A DNA stretch of 50,587 nt from Flavobacteriales bacterium (lineage in GTDB: Bacteria; Bacteroidota; Bacteroidia; Flavobacteriales; BACL11), in contig JABJNS010000065.1 of the NCBI GenBank assembly GCA_018664745.1, forward strand, positions 1 through 50,587. Reading direction: 5' to 3'. Of the stretch, positions 18,754 through 27,670 are shown one piece after another. A program made the translations under genes and the position numbers. A model generated the notes under the pieces. That model was not told the DNA's origin. It worked only from the letters and a program-made list of their open reading frames with translations, and searched no databases. Numbering within the stretch: position 1 is the first letter of the stretch; each line of letters starts with the position of its first letter.

Positions 18754-19642
18754 CTTCCAAGATCTTTAAGTGTTTTCGTTTTCTGCAATTAGGATCAAAA
18801 ACAAGACCAACTGATACTATTATTTTATCACCTACAAAATAAGTTTTAGCTAGGAAAGGACCGCCCATAAATCCTTTTTCTAATTTCCAAATCCCCTTAT
18901 AAATATTATTATTGTAATAAGGAGGGAATTCAGATTCAATTTTTACATATTGCTCCTGTTTAGCTCCTTTCAAATATTGAGCAAGAATACTATCTGTTTT
19001 TTGCAATACTTCTTGTTGAAGATTAGCACTCTTTGGGATAAAAGAAAAAACTAAAAGTTGCTTAATCACCTCTTCTTTATCAGGATTATAAGTTGCCCAA
19101 AAAAGAGTAGATGTATCCTTTAATATTTTATATTCTGACGGAATTAATACCTCAACATTAAAATTATTTTTAATGTTTTCCTGAGCTGTTTGATTAGATA
19201 ATTTAGAAATCTCCTTCCTTAAACTTTTTAATTCTCTCCAGTCAAAAATTGCTTTAATTTTATTTAAATCCTTTTTAAAATTATCTTCCTTATTGTTTTC
19301 ATAATTCAACTGTACAACTAACTGTTCTTTAGCCCATTTATCCTGTTGATTGCTATTCGGTAAATTTTTACCAATAATAAAAATATTTTTATGCGTTTTT
19401 AGTATCGATTTAAACTCAATATGATTTACTTGAACAACTCTAAAAGAAGACTCATTCTGCACTAACCCTAGCAAGGGTGCTGCAAAAGTTTTGCCTACAA
19501 TCTCTTTAATACTCTCATCCCATAATATGTCATCTACAACAAAGATAACTTCTGATAAAGCCCCTGTTGAGCTAGGTAATGTTTTAACTCCATCTGAACA
19601 AGAACTTGCAAGTACTATTAATAGGAATAATAATTTTTTCAT
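18743..19642 (-). CDS. lipoprotein of unknown function (possibly DUF4837 family)
   Basis: Lipoprotein signal MKKLLFLLIVLASSC. A 1-nt overlap (19642) joins it to the upstream MltD-like gene. The family name is from memory of Flavobacteriia neighbourhoods and is unverified. Confidence 0.5.
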   Translation of the reverse strand: MKKLLFLLIVLASSCSDGVKTLPSSTGALSEVIFVVDDILWDESIKEIVGKTFAAPLLGLVQNESSFRVVQVNHIEFKSILKTHKNIFIIGKNLPNSNQQDKWAKEQLVVQLNYENNKEDNFKKDLNKIKAIFDWRELKSLRKEISKLSNQTAQENIKNNFNVEVLIPSEYKILKDTSTLFWATYNPDKEEVIKQLLVFSFIPKSANLQQEVLQKTDSILAQYLKGAKQEQYVKIESEFPPYYNNNIYKGIWKLEKGFMGGPFLAKTYFVGDKIIVSVGLVFDPNCRKRKHLKILEAIL

Positions 19643-21003
19643 TATGAAATTGGGATTAAAATTTTAGTTCCTGGCTTAAGATTATCAGTCTCTAAGTTAT
19701 TTAATGCTTTTATTTTCCAAACACTTAATCCCTCATGTTTTTGAGCAATTTCCCAAAGCGTATCTCCTTTTTGAACAATGTATTCATTTTTACTGGCAGT
19801 TACTTTTTTAGTTGATTTATCTTCTCCTTTCTTTACATAAATCACCAATTTATCACCTATATCTAATTTAGAAGATTTTAGATTATTCCACTCTTTAATC
19901 TCAAATACATGCACTTTATGTTCTTTTGCAATTCTCCCCAAATAATCTCCTTTATGCACCCTATAAATTATGCGCTCTTCACCAATCAAAATTTCTTTTT
20001 TATCTACTGACTCAACAAAAGCATAATTACTAGCTTCATTAAGCTTAAAATCATTTACTGTATTAGCAGGAAATACCAAAACTGCTCCTTGAGGATAAAC
20101 CTCTTTTTTATAGGAAGGGTTTAAATAATTTATCGTCTCTGAATTAACACATAGTAATTCACTTAACACTTTTAAATCCACTTGTTTTTTAAGAGTAATT
20201 GTGTCTGTTTGGCCTAAATTAATTTTTGGTTCTTGAGTATAAATTCCGTGTTCATTAGCATAATTCATAGCATAATTTACTGCAATAAATGTTGGGACAT
20301 AATTTCTTGTTTCTTTCCTTAAATGAGGATGTAATTCCCAAAAATTAGAAGTACCAACACTAGCTATTTTTCTTTGCAAATATCCAGGACCACCATTATA
20401 AGCTGCCAATACTAAATTCCAATCTCCAAAAGTATCATATAGCTTTACAAAATATTCACAAGCAGCTATAGTTGCCTTTAAAGGGTCTTGTCTTTCATCC
20501 ATATAGGAAGTAACCTCTAATCCATATTGTTTTCCTGTGAGGTACATAAATTGCCATAAACCACTTGCTCCAGATCTAGAACGAGCCTTAGGATTAAGGG
20601 CTGATTCCACAATAGATAAATACTTAAATTCTAAGGGTAAATTATATTTATCCAAGTGCTGCTCAAATAAAGGGAAGTAATAAGGGGCTAATCCTTGCAT
20701 TCTTGAAATAAGTGCTTTATTTCTTCCTAAATAACTATCAATAAAGGGTTGTACTTTATCATTATACACCAAATCCATTGGTGTATTTTTATCCAATTGT
20801 TGCAATCTCCATGCAACTATATTCTCTTCTTTCAGCAGTGATAATTCCTCTTTATCAGCTGAAACTTCATTTTCAATAAAAGCTTCATCAAAAATACTAT
20901 CAGTAGTAACAACAGTATTTATAGGTTGGGAAGTGATAAAGCTATCCCCATTAGCAAAGATCAAAAAAGGGCTAAGTACAATTAAAAAAATTATTTTTCT
21001 CAT
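19642..21003 (-). CDS. membrane-bound lytic murein transglycosylase (SLT domain plus two LysM domains), MltD-like
   Basis: The SLT motifs ESALNPKARSRSGASGLWQFM and AAYNGGPG are present. Two C-terminal LysM-like repeats read YRVHKGDYLGRIA and YIVQKGDTLWEIA. I prefer the start at 21003 (MRKIIFLIVL signal) over 21033. Confidence 0.88.
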   Translation of the reverse strand: MRKIIFLIVLSPFLIFANGDSFITSQPINTVVTTDSIFDEAFIENEVSADKEELSLLKEENIVAWRLQQLDKNTPMDLVYNDKVQPFIDSYLGRNKALISRMQGLAPYYFPLFEQHLDKYNLPLEFKYLSIVESALNPKARSRSGASGLWQFMYLTGKQYGLEVTSYMDERQDPLKATIAACEYFVKLYDTFGDWNLVLAAYNGGPGYLQRKIASVGTSNFWELHPHLRKETRNYVPTFIAVNYAMNYANEHGIYTQEPKINLGQTDTITLKKQVDLKVLSELLCVNSETINYLNPSYKKEVYPQGAVLVFPANTVNDFKLNEASNYAFVESVDKKEILIGEERIIYRVHKGDYLGRIAKEHKVHVFEIKEWNNLKSSKLDIGDKLVIYVKKGEDKSTKKVTASKNEYIVQKGDTLWEIAQKHEGLSVWKIKALNNLETDNLKPGTKILIPIS

Positions 21004-21134
21004 AACTACAAAGTTGAGAATAATATAAAACAATATACCTAGTCCACAAATACAATTATCAACTCATAAATGTTTATATAATTATAGTAGAAAACATTTT
21101 TTCCCATTTTTCGTTTCCACTAAATATTAAAAAG

Positions 21135-21142
21135 TATCTTTG
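21135..21142 (+). promoter_or_regulatory. Bacteroidota-type -7 promoter box (TATCTTTG) for the efflux operon
   Basis: Exact TAnnTTTG match 10 nt upstream of the tetR-family ATG at 21153. Confidence 0.5.
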
Positions 21143-21152
21143 CCACCACATT

Positions 21153-21755
21153 ATGAGCAAACAAGAACAAATAATACAAGGAGCTTTAAGTCTTTTTATG
21201 CGAATGGGGGTAAAAGGAATAAATATGGATTATGTTGCTACTCATCTTGGAATTTCAAAAAAAACACTCTACCAGCATGTTGATAATAAAGCCGATTTGG
21301 TAGAACAAAGCTTTGCTTCTCATCAATGTAAAGTTAAAAGCATGATAGAGTCTATATGTGCTATACATGAAAATGCTATTGATGAGTTGTTTGAAATTGA
21401 CTCTGGAATTTGTAGGATGTTAAAAGACAGGAATCCTTACTTAATACAAAACTTAAAAACATATTACCCAAAAGTATGGAATCTTTTAGATGATTTAAAG
21501 AAAAAATACCTTTTTAAAACTGTAAAAAATAACTTAGATACTGGGATTAAACAAGGCTTATATCGTAAAGAAATTAATACTGATATTATTACAAAATTAA
21601 TGATGACCAGAATTGATGCTCTAGTTGATAATGATATTTTTCCATTAACTGAATATGATTTTAAAGAACTTCTTAAAGAAAATCGTATTTATCATATTAG
21701 AGGGATTGCCTCAGAAAAAGGAATAAACTACCTAGAAAAAAAATTAAAAAAATGA
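21153..21755 (+). CDS. TetR/AcrR family transcriptional regulator
   Basis: 200 aa with an N-terminal helix-turn-helix (ALSLFMRMGVKGINMDYVATHLGISKKTLYQHV). It is the first gene of an efflux operon. Confidence 0.85.
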   Translation: MSKQEQIIQGALSLFMRMGVKGINMDYVATHLGISKKTLYQHVDNKADLVEQSFASHQCKVKSMIESICAIHENAIDELFEIDSGICRMLKDRNPYLIQNLKTYYPKVWNLLDDLKKKYLFKTVKNNLDTGIKQGLYRKEINTDIITKLMMTRIDALVDNDIFPLTEYDFKELLKENRIYHIRGIASEKGINYLEKKLKK

Positions 21756-23074
21756 ATAAAGTAATTTTAGTTGTATTAGTATTTTTAGGAACTACTGCAA
21801 TTGCACAGCACCAATACTCTGTTAGTGAAGCACAAGAATATGGTAGTAAAAATAATACAGAAATAAGAAATGCTCTACTTGATGTGAAATATGCAAAAAA
21901 GCAAATAAAAGAAACTCGAGCAATAGGGCTTCCTCATTTAAATGCTGAATTGCAATGGCAAAAATTTATTGATATTCCAACTTCAATAGTCCCTGCTAAT
22001 GCTTTTAATCCAAATGCCCCAGCAAATGAAATTATGGAAATGAAAATGGGAATGGAGCAAAATGTAACTGCTGCAATTACAGCTTCACAACTTATATTTG
22101 ACGGAAGTTATATTATTGGTCTTAAAGCCGCAACAACATTTAAAAAAATGGCAGAGCACAAAATGAATTTAACTAATCAACAAATAAAGGATAGTATTGC
22201 TATTGCTTACTATAATGTGCTCATCATTAATGAAAATAAAAAATTCTTAAAAAGCATAGTAGAGGTGCACCAACAAATACTAAAAGAATTACAGGCTACA
22301 CACAAACAGGGGTTTATTGAGGATATAGAAGTGGACAGAATGGCAATTATTGTTTCTACTATGAAAATACAAGCTGAGGAGGTGAAAAGGTTTTCCGAAA
22401 TTAGTTATATGATGTTAAAAATGATGTTAAGCATTCCGTTTGATGAGGAGTTAATACTTACTGATAGTTTAGATAATTTGTTAGCAAAAGGAACAGATTT
22501 GCAACTTCAAGAAGCTACAATAGAAAATAGATTTGAATATAAAATGAGTGAAGCACAAACTACACTTATGAAACTAGATTTAATTCGATATAAAACTGCT
22601 TGGATACCAAGTATAGCAGCATTTGGAGCCTATAGCGAAAACGCTATGAGAAATGAATTTAATTTTACAAATGATGGTAGCTGGTACCCTACAAAAATGA
22701 TAGGAATAAAAGCTAGTATGCCTATATTCAATGGATTTTCAGGAAGTGCTTTAACTCAAAAAGCAAAAATAAAACACCTACAGTCTTTAAATGACTTGGA
22801 GCATACTAGACAAGCACTTGTTCTAGACTACAAATCTTCTGAAAGTGCCTACTTAACAGCTCTAAGCAGCAAAAAAAATCAAGAAAATAATCTAAGGCTT
22901 TATAAAAAAATATACCTAAAAACTTTAGCTAAATATAAAGAGGGATTGGTAGGAAGCTCAGAAGTAGCAACAGGAGGTGCTGACTACCTACAAGCACAAA
23001 CAGATTATTCAAAATCAATTCAGCAATTACTTATTACTAAAATGAAATATAACCGAACTTTAGGATTAAATTAA
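21752..23074 (+). CDS. TolC-family outer-membrane efflux protein
   Basis: 440 aa with a signal peptide and two repeated helical halves. Its position between TetR and the adaptor/RND genes fits; ATGA overlap with the tetR-family gene. Confidence 0.85.
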   Translation: MNKVILVVLVFLGTTAIAQHQYSVSEAQEYGSKNNTEIRNALLDVKYAKKQIKETRAIGLPHLNAELQWQKFIDIPTSIVPANAFNPNAPANEIMEMKMGMEQNVTAAITASQLIFDGSYIIGLKAATTFKKMAEHKMNLTNQQIKDSIAIAYYNVLIINENKKFLKSIVEVHQQILKELQATHKQGFIEDIEVDRMAIIVSTMKIQAEEVKRFSEISYMMLKMMLSIPFDEELILTDSLDNLLAKGTDLQLQEATIENRFEYKMSEAQTTLMKLDLIRYKTAWIPSIAAFGAYSENAMRNEFNFTNDGSWYPTKMIGIKASMPIFNGFSGSALTQKAKIKHLQSLNDLEHTRQALVLDYKSSESAYLTALSSKKNQENNLRLYKKIYLKTLAKYKEGLVGSSEVATGGADYLQAQTDYSKSIQQLLITKMKYNRTLGLN

Positions 23075-23075
23075 A

Positions 23076-24227
23076 ATGAACTCAAAATCATATACCATTA
23101 AACTAACTACTATGAATAAAATAATTCCAATACTATCATTAGCTATTTTTCTTTTCTCATGTAGTGAACAAAAATTAACATTATCTGATAAAAAAGATAG
23201 CCTTAAAGTACTTAAAGAACAATTAAGTGAAACTAAAACGCAAATAAGCATCCTTGAGAAAGAAATTGCAACTTTAGATACTACAATGATAAATGGGGCT
23301 ATTGTAAAAACAACAGCCATAACTGCCAGTACTTTCAAGCATTATATTGAACAATTAGGAACTGTAAGTTCTAAGCAAAATGTAACTGTAAGCCCTACTT
23401 TAGGAGGTGTAGTTCAAAAAATAATTGTTGATGAAGGAGAGTGGGTGAACAAGGGAGAAGATATTATAGAGCTTGATGCAGAAATAATCTTAAAGCAAGT
23501 TGAAGAGATGGAAGCATCATTTAAATTAGCAGAAACTACTTACAAAAGACAAAAAAAACTTTGGGAGCAGAAAATTGGATCAGAAATGCAATTTCTTCAA
23601 ATAAAAAACCAATATGAATCACTACAAAAAAAATTAGAATCAGCTAAGGCACAGCTGGGAAACATGAAGATATCTGCTCCTATAAGTGGGAATGTTGATG
23701 TTATAAACCTAAATGTTGGTGAATTTGCAGCACCAGGAATACCTATCCTACAAATTGTTAATGCAAAGGAGGTGCAAATTCAAGCTGATGTTCCTGAAAA
23801 ATATGCAAATATCTTGCATAAAGGTGGATATGTTTCAATTAACTTTAGCACAATAGGAATAGAGAAAGAAGCTAAAATTACTTTTGTTAGTCAGATAATT
23901 AATCCTCAAAATAGAACTTTTAAAATCAAAATAGACCTTGACAATAAAAATGGAGAGATAAAACCAAATGCAATTGCTTCTTTACAAATACAAGATAAAT
24001 ATATAAAAGATGCTATAGTTATTCCAACAGAAGTTATCAAGAAAGACATGAGAGGAGATTTTATATTTATTGCTGAAAAAAATCATGCAAAAAAGGTTTA
24101 TATCACTTTAGGAAAATCTTATAAAGATAAAACTCATATTACTTCAGGGTTAAATATTAATGATTTACTGATTACAACAGGATACACAAAAATAGGTAAT
24201 GAGAGTCCTATTAAAATAATACAATAA
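23076..24227 (+). CDS. efflux RND periplasmic adaptor (membrane fusion protein)
   Basis: Lipoprotein signal MNKIIPILSLAIFLFSC (an alternative start at 23112 would give a cleaner signal), coiled-coil hairpin, and lipoyl/beta-barrel strings ISAPISGNV and IKPNAIASL. Confidence 0.85.
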   Translation: MNSKSYTIKLTTMNKIIPILSLAIFLFSCSEQKLTLSDKKDSLKVLKEQLSETKTQISILEKEIATLDTTMINGAIVKTTAITASTFKHYIEQLGTVSSKQNVTVSPTLGGVVQKIIVDEGEWVNKGEDIIELDAEIILKQVEEMEASFKLAETTYKRQKKLWEQKIGSEMQFLQIKNQYESLQKKLESAKAQLGNMKISAPISGNVDVINLNVGEFAAPGIPILQIVNAKEVQIQADVPEKYANILHKGGYVSINFSTIGIEKEAKITFVSQIINPQNRTFKIKIDLDNKNGEIKPNAIASLQIQDKYIKDAIVIPTEVIKKDMRGDFIFIAEKNHAKKVYITLGKSYKDKTHITSGLNINDLLITTGYTKIGNESPIKIIQ

Positions 24228-24232
24228 GCAAT

Positions 24233-27200
24233 ATGAGTAATAATATCAGAAATTTTAAACTTACTAACCTATCGCTTAAGAATAAAACAACTATATTTAT
24301 TTTAACAATCCTGTTGGCCTACTTTGGAATGTTTACTTATAAAACCATGCCAAAGGCACTTTTCCCAGATATAGTTATGCCAACTATAATGGTACAAACA
24401 ATATATCCTGGAAATTCACCGGCAGATATTGAGAACTTAATTACCCGTCCTATAGAAAAAGAAATTAAGTCTATAAAAGGAATTAAGAATCTAAAATCAA
24501 CTTCTATACAAGATAACTCATCTATTATTGTTGAATTTAATACTGATGTTGAAGTAAAAAGTGCGCTACAAGATGTAAAAGATGCAGTAGATAAATCAAA
24601 AGGAAACTTACCTTCTGATTTAGATATTGATCCTATTGTAATGGATATTGATTTTTCTGAATTCCCAATTTTAAATATTAATTTATCAGGAGACTTTAGC
24701 CTTGATGAACTTAAGAAACATGCAGAGTATTTACAAGATAAAATTGAGGCTGTAAGCGAAATTTCAAAAGTAGAAATTACAGGGCTACTTGATAAGGAAA
24801 TTACTATTAAGGCTGACCTTCATAGTATGGAAAGTAAAGAAATTAGCTTTACAGATATTGAAAATGCAATAGGGTTTGAAAATGTTTCTATTGCAGGAGG
24901 CAATCTTCTTATCGGCAACATGAAGCGTATGGTAAGAACTGATGCTGAATTTAAGAATGTTAAAGAGATTGGTAATATTATTGTAAAGCATGAGAAAGGA
25001 AATATTGTTTACTTAAAAGATATTGCTGAGGTAGTTAATGGCTATGAAGAAAGAGAATCATATGCTAGGCTAGATAAAGAGCCTGTGGTTTCTTTAAATA
25101 TTGTAAAAAAAGGAGGGGAAAATCTATTAGAAGCTACTGATAAAATATTTGCATTGTTAGATCAAGCAAAAGCATCAAAAGCACTACCTAAAGACTTATC
25201 TATTTCCATTACCAATGATCAATCAGAACAAACTAGGAAGCAGTTAAGCAATCTTGAAAACAGTATTATATTTGGTGTAATATTAGTTATCCTAGTGTTG
25301 TTATTTTTCTTAGGATTAAGAAATTCATTATTTGTTGGTTTAGCTATACCAATGTCAATGTTTATTAGTTTTGTAGTCTTAGGAGGAATGGGTACAACTA
25401 TGAATATGGTAGTGCTATTTGCACTTATTTTAGCTTTAGGAATGCTTGTAGATAATGCTATTGTTGTAATTGAAAATATTCACCGATTATTTCATGAAGA
25501 AGGTTTAAGTAAACTAGAAGCTGCAAAACAAGGTGTAGGTGAAATTGCAATTCCAATTATCTCATCAACAGCAACAACATTAGCGGCATTTTTCCCATTA
25601 CTTTTTTGGAAAGATATGATGGGAGAATTTATGGGCTATATTCCTATGACTTTAATTATTGTTTTAGGATCATCATTATTTATTGCTCTTGTAATAAACC
25701 CTGTTTTTGCTGCATCATTTATGAAGAAAGATGAGAAAGAAGAGGTGAATAAAAAGAAGTTGAAAAAAACTGTGTATTACTTATTGGCTGCTGGATTAGT
25801 ATTGCATTTAATTTCTTACAAGGTGCTAGGATCATTAGCATTTGTTTTTGCTTTTCTACATACAATAAATACACTTTATCTTACTCCAATTTCATATTGG
25901 TTCCAAGACATATACTTAGTGCGTTTAGAGAAAAAATATGAAAAACTACTAAACTGGGCATTGCATGGGAAAAATCCAATAAAACTATTATTCGGTACGG
26001 GAGGATTACTTATTTTTAGTATTGTATTTTTTGCAATGATGTCTCCTAATGTTGAGTTTTTCCCTGTAAATGAACCTAAATACATTAACGTTTTTGTTGA
26101 AATGCCAAATGGAACTGATGTTGCTGTTACTGATTCAGTAGCACAGACTGTAGAACAAAAAGTAATAGCTACTTTAGAACCCTACAAACATGCTGTTTCA
26201 TCAGTGCTTACTAATGTAGGGGCAGGAACCTCTGATCCTAATGATATGAGTGGTGGTGGTAGTGGAATTACACCTAATAAAGCAAGAATCACCATAAACT
26301 TTGAAGAGTTTGAAAATAGAGGAGGGGTTAGCACAGGTGAGGTGATGAAGTTGGTAACTGCTGACTTGAAAGGAATTGCTGGAGTAGATATATCTGTAGA
26401 TAAAAATAGAGAAGGACCTCCTATGGGTAAACCAATTAATATTGAAGTTATTGGTGAAGATTTAAATACATTATTAACTCTTGGAGATGCTATCCAAAAT
26501 CAAATTAATAATGAAAATATTGCTGGAATAGAAGGATTAAAAGTAGATTTAGAAATGAATAATCCTGAGCTATTGATAAACATTGATAGAGATATGGCAA
26601 GGCGATTAGGTATTTCTACTTCACAAATTGCAAGTACTATCAGAACTTCATTATTTGGTAAAGAGATTTCTAAGTTTAAAGATGGAGAGGATGAGCACCC
26701 AATTATTTTAAGGCTAGATGATAAGTACAGATATAGTGTGCCATCATTAATGAGCCAAAAAATTACTTTCCGTTCACAATCAAGTGGGCAGGTAAAACAA
26801 ATTCCAATCTCATCTGTAGCAGATTACACCTATAACAATACATATGGGTCTGTAAAAAGAAAAGATTTAAAAAGACAACTTACTATCTATTCTAATGTTT
26901 TAGAGGGGTATAATGAGTCTTCAATAAATGCTCAGATTAAAGTATTACTTTCTGACTTTCCTATACCTGAAAACTATGATTTAAAGTTTACAGGAAAACA
27001 AGAAGAGCAAGCCGAAACACAAGAATTTTTATCTAATGCCTTATTAATTGCAATAGCATTAATCTCTCTTATCTTAGTATCACAATTTAACTCTGCTATT
27101 AAACCATTCATTATTATTATTACGGTAGTATTTAGTACTATTGGGGTTTTCTTAGGGCTTGCTATATTTAATATGGACTTTGTAATTATTATGACAGGTA

Positions 27201-27625
27201 TTGGTATTGTATCACTTGCTGGTATAGTTGTAAATAATGCAATTGTACTTATTGATTATATTGATTTAATAAAAGAACGAAAAAGAGAAATTCTTAAACT
27301 TGAAATTGATTCTGTATTAGAAAATAAAGTTGCAATTGATTGTATAAAAGAAGGAGGAAAAAAACGTTTGCGACCAGTATTACTTACGGCAATAACTACT
27401 GTTTTAGGTCTATTACCTTTAGCTACTGGTATGAATATTAATTTCTATACTCTTTTAACAGAATTTAATCCTCAAATTTATTTTGGGGGCGATAATGCTA
27501 CATTCTGGGGGCCTATGGCTTGGACTGTAATCTTTGGTCTTACTTTTGCTACTTTCTTAACACTAGTATTAGTTCCTGTAATGTACCTTTTAGCTGACAA
27601 ACTGAAAAAGAAGATATTGACATAA
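24233..27625 (+). CDS. efflux RND transporter permease (AcrB/HAE family)
   Basis: 1130 aa with duplicated 6-TM halves, large periplasmic loops and the motif ALGMLVDNAIVVIENI. Confidence 0.93.
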   Translation: MSNNIRNFKLTNLSLKNKTTIFILTILLAYFGMFTYKTMPKALFPDIVMPTIMVQTIYPGNSPADIENLITRPIEKEIKSIKGIKNLKSTSIQDNSSIIVEFNTDVEVKSALQDVKDAVDKSKGNLPSDLDIDPIVMDIDFSEFPILNINLSGDFSLDELKKHAEYLQDKIEAVSEISKVEITGLLDKEITIKADLHSMESKEISFTDIENAIGFENVSIAGGNLLIGNMKRMVRTDAEFKNVKEIGNIIVKHEKGNIVYLKDIAEVVNGYEERESYARLDKEPVVSLNIVKKGGENLLEATDKIFALLDQAKASKALPKDLSISITNDQSEQTRKQLSNLENSIIFGVILVILVLLFFLGLRNSLFVGLAIPMSMFISFVVLGGMGTTMNMVVLFALILALGMLVDNAIVVIENIHRLFHEEGLSKLEAAKQGVGEIAIPIISSTATTLAAFFPLLFWKDMMGEFMGYIPMTLIIVLGSSLFIALVINPVFAASFMKKDEKEEVNKKKLKKTVYYLLAAGLVLHLISYKVLGSLAFVFAFLHTINTLYLTPISYWFQDIYLVRLEKKYEKLLNWALHGKNPIKLLFGTGGLLIFSIVFFAMMSPNVEFFPVNEPKYINVFVEMPNGTDVAVTDSVAQTVEQKVIATLEPYKHAVSSVLTNVGAGTSDPNDMSGGGSGITPNKARITINFEEFENRGGVSTGEVMKLVTADLKGIAGVDISVDKNREGPPMGKPINIEVIGEDLNTLLTLGDAIQNQINNENIAGIEGLKVDLEMNNPELLINIDRDMARRLGISTSQIASTIRTSLFGKEISKFKDGEDEHPIILRLDDKYRYSVPSLMSQKITFRSQSSGQVKQIPISSVADYTYNNTYGSVKRKDLKRQLTIYSNVLEGYNESSINAQIKVLLSDFPIPENYDLKFTGKQEEQAETQEFLSNALLIAIALISLILVSQFNSAIKPFIIIITVVFSTIGVFLGLAIFNMDFVIIMTGIGIVSLAGIVVNNAIVLIDYIDLIKERKREILKLEIDSVLENKVAIDCIKEGGKKRLRPVLLTAITTVLGLLPLATGMNINFYTLLTEFNPQIYFGGDNATFWGPMAWTVIFGLTFATFLTLVLVPVMYLLADKLKKKILT

Positions 27626-27647
27626 AGTTGGTAATATATATTTACCG

Positions 27648-27655
27648 TATATTTG
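27648..27655 (+). promoter_or_regulatory. Bacteroidota-type -7 promoter box (TATATTTG) for dxs
   Basis: Exact TAnnTTTG match 15 nt upstream of the ATG at 27671. Confidence 0.5.
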
Positions 27656-27670
27656 CAGGCAATAAAGTAA

